A stretch of DNA of 8,957 nt from Octopus sinensis. Lineage: Eukaryota. Positions within the stretch are counted from its first letter, which is position 1, and every line of letters begins with the position of its first letter. This document shows, in pieces, positions 1 through 6,783 of the stretch. The notes beneath the pieces are model-generated. The model was given only the letters and a program-made list of their open reading frames with translations, was not told the DNA's origin and did no database searches. The translations under genes and the position numbers were made by a program. The stretch is from positions 1-8,957 of the forward strand of contig NW_021828250.1 in the NCBI RefSeq assembly GCF_006345805.1, written 5' to 3'.

Positions 1-103
1 TTTTCATCAATTATCATTATAATAGAACCGAATAATAAAAACTCCACTTCTTTGTTTTTGCATTTAGCAGTTTTTTTTCCTATTCTCTTAGTCAGTTATT
101 TCG

Positions 104-108
104 ATATA

Positions 109-149
<41 letters not shown>

Positions 150-158
150 TATATATAT
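104..158. repeat. (AT)n microsatellite, slightly interrupted
   Basis: Direct reading: atatatatatgtatata...tatatat. Confidence 0.95.
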
Positions 159-445
159 TGCATAAGCTACAGTTTTACAAAATATCAATAGAGATAGGTT
201 ACAGAAAAAAACAAAATCATTGAGAATAAAAATGAAATCATAAGTAGTTTTGCGAACAGTTTCTATTTAAATGGAAATAGAAATCGCCATGCTTAGATGT
301 TGACAGGGCGAACCATTCCATATTCAATAAATGCCAAGACTAGGTGAAGTAGAAAATAATGTAAAACTCTCGGAGTGGCAGAGAATCCAAAGCTAACACT
401 AAAGATGTTTCGATCGCTTCAAAAGACTAAAAAAGAAAATAAGAC

Positions 446-466
446 AGAGAGAGAGAGAGAGAGAGA
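446..466. repeat. (AG)~10 microsatellite
   Basis: Direct reading. Confidence 0.95.
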
Positions 467-591
467 AATGAAAAGCTTGCCATAGGAAACTCCTAAAATA
501 TTTTTATTTGGATGAAATGTATTTGTATGAAAATAACTAACCTTTGAGTACGTGTTTGTGAAGAAACATTCAATCACGTTGTTTCTGGGGC

Positions 592-922
592 CCATTCTGA
601 GCTACAGATATATAACGTGTGTGTGTGTGGTGTGTGTGTGTGTGTGAACAGCAGATAGATTGACCGATAGATAGATACGTACATACATTCACAGAAAGAC
701 AGGAGAGAGAGAGAGAGAAGACCATTCTGAGCTACAAATATATATAGTGTGTGTGTGTGTCTGTGTGTGTGTGTGTTTGTGTGTGAGTGTGCCTGTGAGT
801 GTGTGTGTGTATGCGTGTGTGTGTGTGTGTATGAACAGCTGATAGATTGATCGATATATATATATATATACATATATACATTGACAGAACCAAGAGACAG
901 AGAGAGAGAGAGATGGAGAAGA
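592..922 (+). repeat. Tandem duplication of a compound-microsatellite unit (copy 1: 592-721, 130 bp; copy 2: 722-922, 201 bp)
   Basis: Both copies run CCATTCTGAGCTACA-(A/G)ATATATA-(GT)n-GAACAGC(A/T)GATAGATTGA(C/T)CGATA-...-ACATT(C/G)ACAGAA-...-GACAG-(AG)n-GAGAAGA. CCA recurs at 923. Confidence 0.9.
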
Positions 923-1221
923 CCAGGTACAATACAGAGATCTGATTTACTACAAATTATAAACACACAATGCAAAGTATATTTCGGAATTGATGAATGC
1001 ACACTATGTAGGTCATCCCAGTTGACACGAGGATATTACAACAAAAGATTGAGACATTTCTGACAAATACGATTGGGAAAAGAAGTAACTTTTCACAAGT
1101 TTTGGAGGCAGCTACCATTGAAATATAAAGTCATAAAAATAGACATAACCAGAATATGACAATTTAAGACTGACAGACTCCCTGATAATACTAACTAAAT
1201 GGAAATGTTGGTAACAATAAT

Positions 1222-1357
1222 AATCCTTTGTATTATAGATACAAAGCCTGAAATATGGGCGCGGTGGGTTACATCGACCCATAGAACCCAAAATGATGAA
1301 AGGCAAAGTTGACCACGGTGGAATTTGAACTAAGAACGTAGCGACAGACGAAATACC
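1222..1357 (-). mobile_element. Diverged, 5'-truncated tRNA-derived SINE copy with type-2 tail and an internal deletion
   Basis: ATGAAAGGCAAAGTTGACCACGGTGGAATTTGAACTAAGAACGTAGCGACAGACGAAATACC matches 5704-5765. Its left end (1226-1268) aligns with the tail fragment at 1590-1631. About 25 nt between the two ATCGACCC-like repeats is missing. Confidence 0.85.
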
Positions 1358-1575
1358 TATTTCTTTACTGCCCACAAGGGGCTAAACATAGAGAGGACAA
1401 GCAAGGACAGACAAACGGATTAAGTCGATTATGTCGACCCCAGTGCATAACTGGGACTTATTTAATCGAACCCGAAAGGATGAAAGGCAAAGTCGACCTC
1501 GGTGGAATTTGAACTCAGAACGTAACGGCAGATGAAATACCGCTAAGCATTTTGCCCGGCATGCTATAGATTCTG
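1358..1575 (-). mobile_element. Near full-length tRNA-derived SINE with type-1 tail
   Basis: Roughly 90% identical by eye to 5583-5799. B box GAGTTCAAATTCC on the minus strand. Lacks the first ~13 nt of the head. Confidence 0.93.
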
Positions 1576-1585
1576 TGGTATATAT

Positions 1586-1641
1586 TATTCTTTTCTATTC
1601 TTGGCATAAGGTCCGAAATTTGGGAGGGGTGCCAGTCGATT
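1586..1641 (-). mobile_element. SINE type-2 tail fragment
   Basis: Ends in AGTCGATT, the core/tail junction shared with 5647-5654. Similar to 1226-1268 (CTTT..TATT.T.G..A.AA.G.C.GAAAT.TGGG.G.GGTG). Confidence 0.7.
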
Positions 1642-1857
1642 TATATAATATTGTCATGTTCCCAGGAATTAGGAAGGAACTGTCGAATAGATTTTTTTTT
1701 AACTTACCCGAAAGTATGAAGATAAATGCAATACTGGTGAAATTTAAATCAATTAGTTGGGTATATGGTATCTACAAACCCGACTCTTTTCAGAAATGGT
1801 GGCCTTTTGCTTAAATCAGAAATTATTATTCCATGCGACTTAGATATGTCGTTTAGC

Positions 1858-2002
1858 TTCTGGGTTCTACTCCCGGCCAGGAAGACTTTATCTTTTCTCC
1901 TAACTGTGGTGGATAAAATTACTACCAGTCGATACAATCACGAAGATCGATGCAATCCACTACTCCTGATCCAAGCTAAAATTTACGACCCTGGGACATT
2001 AG
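1858..2002 (+). mobile_element. Old, highly diverged SINE copy (B box, core and probable type-2 tail)
   Basis: TTCTGGGTTCTACTCCCGGCCAGGAAGACTTTATCTTTTCTCCT..GGTGGATAAAATTACTACCAGT..GATCGATGCAATCCACT aligns colinearly with the reverse complement of 5646-5745. AAAATTTACGACC resembles the type-2 tail. Confidence 0.7.
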
Positions 2003-2264
2003 GCCATGTAATTCCTGCAACTGTAGCAGATTGTTTGAATTAAGAATATGACTAAAATTTCCATTTGAATATAGATTTGCTGACATGTCTATATGTATAC
2101 ACTTTGCTTATAAGATTCCAGGACAGTGCAGTGAAGCTTGGATATATTTATTATAAATTAAACTCGAGGATCCTTAAAAAAAACTAGCGACGGATTCTAA
2201 GGGCTGAGTGGACATCTCAAGTGGAGAATACACCCTCATTCATTTCACCTATTCATTCACTAAC

Positions 2265-2341
2265 TTCTCTCTCTCCTTCTCACACTCTCTCCTTATCTCT
2301 CTGTTTCTCTCTGTCTCCCCCTCTCTCCCGCTCTCTATCTT
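2265..2341. repeat. Degenerate (CT)n polypyrimidine tract
   Basis: Direct reading. Confidence 0.85.
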
Positions 2342-2402
2342 AAACTTAAGTAATGTTTACACTTCCTTATCACAAATACATTATAAATTTGAAATATATT
2401 TG

Positions 2403-2534
2403 TTTCTTATTTTATTTATCTATTGCGTTTATATTTTTATCAATTTATTTGTTTGCTGCATTTTATTTTATTTATTCATTTGTATTGCATTTATCATATT
2501 TATTTATTTATTTATTTATTTATTTATCTATTGC
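2403..2534. repeat. Degenerate (ATTT)n tract, 7 perfect units at 2498-2525
   Basis: Direct reading. TATTTATCTATTGC occurs at both ends. Confidence 0.85.
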
Positions 2535-2662
2535 ATTTTCGACCCTATACGTTTTCTGGTTTGTTTTAGCTACGAAAATTAAGTTGAAGCTAGAAATCAA
2601 ATCAAATTGCCAGAAATCAAATCTCTGGAAGAGAGTTGATGTCTGTTAATTTGATTTCTATG

Positions 2663-2666
<4 letters not shown>

Positions 2667-2720
<54 letters not shown>
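2667..2720. repeat. Perfect (TG)27 microsatellite
   Basis: Direct reading. Confidence 0.97.
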
Positions 2721-2723
<3 letters not shown>

Positions 2724-2870
2724 ACATATGTGAATGTGTGTATGTATGTGTATGAATTTATACTTGTATGTATGTATATGAGTTTCAATTTGAAGACACT
2801 ATCTGCTTTATGCTAGTGTTTATAATGTCCAGATTAGGGTTCATTAATTACATATATATATATATATATA

Positions 2871-2919
2871 CATGCAGGAAGTAAATAGACACCTTTAATT
2901 TTCAAAATTTCTGATCTAA
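2871..2919 (+). repeat. Left terminal inverted repeat of the Tc1 element
   Basis: CATGCAGGAAGTAAATAGACACCTTTAATTTTCAAAATTTCTGATCTAA. Confidence 0.95.
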
Positions 2920-3015
2920 GCGTCTTAATATGTTTTCAGCTGTGTAGAATTTTCAATGAAATTATTTTTTTCTCATTCCAGATGCCACTATATTAAACTT
3001 TTGCGAAGAGTAACC

Positions 3016-4030
3016 ATGCCACGCACAAAAAATTCAGCAGTTGGTCAATCTGAGGCTGGTCTTAGCCAGCAAAAAAATTGCCAAAACTCTTCAGATTCAT
3101 CAGATTCATCATGCTACTGTTAATAGAATTATAGAGCAATTCAAAAACCAAGGAAAAGAATCAACAGATTCTCGTCCCAGTTGACCTGGGCCCACGGAAA
3201 AGAAGTTTCTTTGTTTGAAGAGAATTGTGGAAAACGAACCCCGTTTGAAGGCTTCTGACATTGCAAAACAGCTAGAATTTAGTTCAAGATCGTGTGTTAT
3301 ATATCTGCATATATATTAGTATTATCAGGGTACTATGGATGAGCAGCTAGAAGAAAACCTCTCCTTCAACCAATTAATAACACGAAAAGAAAGAAATGGG
3401 CTAAGATGTCAGAAAAATCCAGTTCATTTTGGGATAGAGTGATTTTCTCAGATGAATCCAGATTTGCATTATTTTCAGACAGTGGACCTGTTTGGGTCTG
3501 GAGACTTCCCAATCAAGAAGTTGATTTGAAACGATTCTAACAAACTGTGAAACATGGCGGTATCTCTGTAAAGATATGGGGATTTGTCACCAGCAATGGT
3601 CGTTCTGAGCTGATCGACTGTGTTGGAACCATAAACTCTGAAGCATACATCGAAATACTTAAGCAAGGTACTTCTGATGTATTCACACGATAACATAAAG
3701 AAAAATGAGTTTTTATTCATGGAAAATGGGGCTCCATGCTATACAGCGAAAGCGAAAAGGAATCAACAATGGCTGACTGAAATAGGTTGAAAAAGCTTCC
3801 TTGGCCGAGCCAATCTCCTGACACGAACACTATTGAAAATCTTTGGAGCATACAAGATAGAGCTATACGAAAAACTCGACAGAAAAACTAAAACTAAAGA
3901 TGAATTGTTTCTATTGTTGCGTGAAAAGCGGGCAGAAATTACACAAAAGACAATCACAAAGCTCATCAGTTCAATGCCAAAGAGAGTTTCTGAATTAAAA
4001 TCTGCAAAGAGAATGTCAACTAAATACTGA
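3016..4030 (+). pseudogene. Tc1 transposase pseudogene (DD34E-type), at least 5 frameshifts and several stops
   Basis: Manual translation across frames: MPRTK..AGLSQQKIAKTLQI..ATVNRIIEQFK (HTH); RP.*P (GRPR-like); *AARRKPLL; W..VIFSDES (first D at 3451-3453); TVKHGG.SV.IWG; FMENGAPCY (second D mutated to N, 3725-3727); WPSQSPDTNTIENLW (E at 3835-3837); C-terminus ..SMPKRVSELKSAKRMSTKY* at 4030. In-frame stops at 3182, 3340, 3538. Confidence 0.95.
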
Positions 4031-4066
4031 AGTATTTAGTCCTACCTATCGATTGCATTTCAATTG

Positions 4067-4119
4067 TTAAATCAAAGATTTTGAAAATTAAAGGTGTCTA
4101 TTTACTTCCTGCGTGTCTG
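4067..4119 (-). repeat. Right terminal inverted repeat of the Tc1 element
   Basis: Reverse complement reads CAGACACGCAGGAAGTAAATAGACACCTTTAATTTTCAAAATCTTTGATTTAA, preceded by TA. Confidence 0.93.
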
Positions 4120-4143
4120 TATATATGTATATATATAATTTAA

Positions 4144-4176
<33 letters not shown>

Positions 4177-4182
4177 AATTTA
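4120..4182. repeat. (TA)n tract at the right flank of the Tc1 element, paired with (TA)n at 2852-2870 on the left
   Basis: Direct reading. Consistent with insertion into a TA array. Confidence 0.9.
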
Positions 4183-4543
4183 AGTAATGGAGGGCTATAA
4201 ATTGATATTAATTTAATTAACATCAATTTAAAACCAGTAGCCTAGTATATAGAAAAATCTGAAAATTCAGAAAAATTGTAATACATGCGTATAATAAGGT
4301 ATGACCACTAAGTGGACGTCCAATATGCTAGAAGATCATCTACCATCAAACCACAAAGAAAATAATGTTCTCTAGAGAAATTCAGCAAACACCATAACAT
4401 AAGCGGGTAAGACAGATGAAAATATACAAAATATAGAATTAATCGTAGACCGATTTCGTCATTAACGATATTTACTTACGTAATCATCGACCGTGAACTC
4501 TTCAGTACGATCGTTCTAATTCAATATAATTTATAGAACTATA

Positions 4544-4892
4544 CACGAGTTGCCCTCATAAAATTAGACGTGTGTATAGTTTTACCGATTACATTGGGGT
4601 TATTTTTTAATGTCTAAGTACTGGCGCGCCAAATTCCGGAAAGAGTTCCGCAGTAGATAATTATGTTAAACTGTCGTATGTCCAAATTTGGCCAAATGCG
4701 TTTTTTTTTTTGCTTGGAATAGCCGGTTTTTTTAAGTCAAACTATCGTATCTCCAGCTGATTCAGATGCCAAGATATCAAAAATTGTCAAATTGTAGTAC
4801 AACGGTTTTGTTATGGAATGGTGAAACTATTTTTTATTTTCTGAAAAAACAACGTTTTGGACTTACGACACTTTTGCATAAGAGAAACGATG
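4544..4892. mobile_element. Candidate non-autonomous DNA transposon (MITE-like); ends uncertain
   Basis: Inverted repeat 4661-4686 vs 4856-4881 (22/26). Weak outer end similarity: TA|CACGAGTTGCCCTCATAAAA vs reverse-complement TA|CATCGTTTCTCTTATGCAAAA. No coding capacity. Confidence 0.4.
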
Positions 4893-5135
4893 TATATATC
4901 TTATGTAAGTATATTATATATCAAACTCAAGCGTGTTTATTTGCATCACACTCTCCATATCAGTTGACCTGGATTTCTCTTCTAGTCACTCTTTACCCCG
5001 CGGACATAGACCTCACTGAAGGTTTCTGGATTTCATTTCAAATCATTTGAGTACTTCTACGTGTTTTCTATATTGAACTAGTCTGGATCTCAACTACTGA
5101 TAATACAGACAGACAGGTAGATTTCGATAGATAGG

Positions 5136-5248
<113 letters not shown>

Positions 5249-5511
5249 GTGTTTCTTTATTAGCTACACAGTGCTGAACACATACGGGACAAATTACAAG
5301 GTAGAGCTTTTCTTTTTGGAAAGAAAAAGAGGTGGGTTAAAAGGTTTCCGATCAAAAGGGATCGTAAAAAGGAAGGAAAAAAACGATAATAGGGATCGTG
5401 TATCACAGAAATGTCATGATATAAAGTGTAAAAGGGGGAAACAGATAAGGTTTATCCATGGAAAGAAAATCCTACGGGAAAGACCACGTTAACCTACGGA
5501 AAAATACCACG
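5249..5511 (-). mobile_element. Probable 5'-truncated 3' end (3' UTR) of a non-LTR retrotransposon
   Basis: The minus strand ends ...GTGTAGCTAATAAAGAAACAC (AATAAA at 5256-5261), followed by (ATCT)n. Flanked on both sides by GATA repeats. Its terminal 50 nt match the SINE type-1 tail. No coding part is present, so the clade cannot be assigned from this window. Confidence 0.6.
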
Positions 5512-5568
5512 ATAGATAGATGGATGACGGATGGATGGATGGATAGATAGATAGATGATAGATAGATA
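5511..5568. repeat. Compound (GATA)n/(GGAT)n microsatellite
   Basis: Direct reading. Confidence 0.9.
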
Positions 5569-5582
5569 TCATACATATACAT

Positions 5583-5817
5583 ATTTCTTTACTTCCCACA
5601 AGGGGCTAAACATAGAGGGGGCAAACAAGGACAGACAAACGGATTAAGTCGATTACATCGATCCCAGTGCGTAACTGGTACTTAATTTATCGACCCCGAA
5701 AGGATGAAAGGCAAAGTCGACCTCGGCGGAATTTGAACTCAAAACGTAACGGCAGACGAAATACCGCAAAGCATTTCGCCCGGCGTGCTAACGTTTCTGC
5801 CAGCTCGCCGCCTTTTT
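5583..5817 (-). mobile_element. Full-length young tRNA-derived SINE (type-1 tail) with 17-bp target-site duplication
   Basis: Minus strand: GGCGGCGAGC-TGGCAGAAACG (A-box-like, 5792-5802)...GAGTTCAAATTCC (B box, 5728-5740)-GCC. 5' GGCGG pairs with CCGCC like a tRNA acceptor stem. Perfect TSD ATATCATACATATACAT at 5566-5582 and 5818-5834. Retains 19 CpGs. Confidence 0.95.
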
Positions 5818-5952
5818 ATATCATACATATACATTCACATAGAATTGTAGTATTGTCATAATCGGTGGAGCATCAAACAAGTTTGTTTGATGTATTGCGT
5901 AACGGTCGCGTACATATATTCATCTGGGGTTGGGCGAGTGGTACGGAACTCA

Positions 5953-6034
5953 CTTTTCATCCTTCTGTTGTAGATAAACTAAAGAACAAAATACGGGAGA
6001 CAATCTAATCAACTAATCCCTTCCTTTAGAATTT
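5953..6034 (+). mobile_element. Very old SINE core/tail remnant (head may extend back to ~5854)
   Basis: CTTTTCATCCTTCTGTTGTAGATAAACTAA..GGGAGACAATCTAATCAACTAATCCC aligns with the family core CCTTTCATCCTTTCGGGGTCGATAAATTAA..GG(G/A)TCGATGTAATCGACTTAATCC. Confidence 0.5.
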
Positions 6035-6269
6035 ACGCTCTAAACGTAAGTGAAAAAATAATTAGTTGTTGTGTGTATTAAGCTTTACATTTATTTTTCT
6101 TTGTTTTGTCTTACATTTTAAGTTGCTTTTTTTTCTATTTTTCTCATTTTCTTTTTGTGGGGACGCATGGAAATTTACAAAATGATTTGTTGCTAAGGTA
6201 AGAATTTAAAAACTTCTACGTTTCTCAAATTGCATTCTTTCCTCGCAAATGAATAAAACCTAAAATTAC

Positions 6270-6320
6270 TCTGTGTGTGATTGTGTGTGTGTGTGTGTGA
6301 GTGTTTGAATGTGTGTGTTT
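6270..6320. repeat. Interrupted (TG)n microsatellite
   Basis: Direct reading. Confidence 0.85.
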
Positions 6321-6382
6321 CATTTGAATCAACGAACATATATAAATATATAAGCATGCATCTATACTTGTATTAATGTACG

Positions 6383-6387
<5 letters not shown>

Positions 6388-6416
<29 letters not shown>
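6388..6416. repeat. (AT)14 microsatellite
   Basis: Direct reading. Confidence 0.95.
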
Positions 6417-6589
6417 ACTTAGAAACGTGCGCGCTCGCACACACACCCGGGAATACATTCAAACGTACGTACAAAGATGAATACGGATATTGCAAGCATG
6501 CGCATACATGCATCTATAGAGAAGAAGATAACTCTTTGGAATGTATAGAGCATTAGTTATTTTTACGCAATCTGCAGAACGTAGAAACA

Positions 6590-6679
6590 TGTATATATAT
6601 ATATATATAATATGTGTGTGTAAATATTGTTGAATACATTACATGCAAATATATACGTTTGTAGTAGTGTGAACACGTG

Positions 6680-6711
<32 letters not shown>

Positions 6712-6783
6712 TATGTGTTTCTGTGCAACGATATTATTTTTTTTTTGTTTTGCTTTGTTTGTTTTTGATTTTTTTTTTTTTTT
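6590..6783. repeat. Cluster of (TA)n runs followed by a T-rich/poly-T tract
   Basis: Direct reading: TA runs near 6592-6612 and 6680-6705, T-rich 6735-6783. Confidence 0.85.

Larger units (their letters stand above)
2871..4119 (+). mobile_element. Tc1-family (IS630-Tc1-mariner) DNA transposon, full-length but inactivated
   Basis: TIRs at 2871-2919 and 4067-4115 are 45/49 identical with a 35-bp perfect core. TA dinucleotides flank both ends (2869-2870, 4120-4121). Length 1,249 bp, with internal transposase remnants. Confidence 0.96.

Noticed and set aside
260-283. 9-bp-stem hairpin (similar ones at 1226-1246, 4368-4379 and 4537-4581)
   Set aside because: Short AT-rich stems are expected by chance in 9 kb.
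574-1063. ORFs 574-1002, 732-932 and 881-1063
   Set aside because: HT/YI/ER/SL runs are translations of microsatellites; no recognisable domain.
1702-1772. Minus-strand mini-exon candidate ending at GG|GTAAGTT (IPYTQLIDLNFTSIAFIFILS)
   Set aside because: Weak acceptor, no recognisable protein, and no partner exon.
1112-2043. ORFs 1112-1375, 1575-1814, 1749-1937 and 1765-2043
   Set aside because: They overlap non-coding SINE copies, have no recognisable homology, and chance ORFs of this size are expected.
2163-2173. CTCGAGGATCC (overlapping XhoI/BamHI sites) suggesting vector sequence
   Set aside because: Isolated, with no other polylinker or vector context.
2208-2788. Hydrophobic ORFs 2208-2582, 2353-2649 and 2597-2788 that look like membrane proteins
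   Set aside because: Hydrophobicity comes from (CT)n, (ATTT)n and (TG)n repeats.
3475-3966. Minus-strand ORFs 3475-3720 and 3763-3966
   Set aside because: Antisense shadows of the transposase pseudogene.
5728-5812. tRNA gene
   Set aside because: It has A/B boxes and an acceptor-like stem but no proper anticodon arm, and continues into the SINE core and tail with a TSD.
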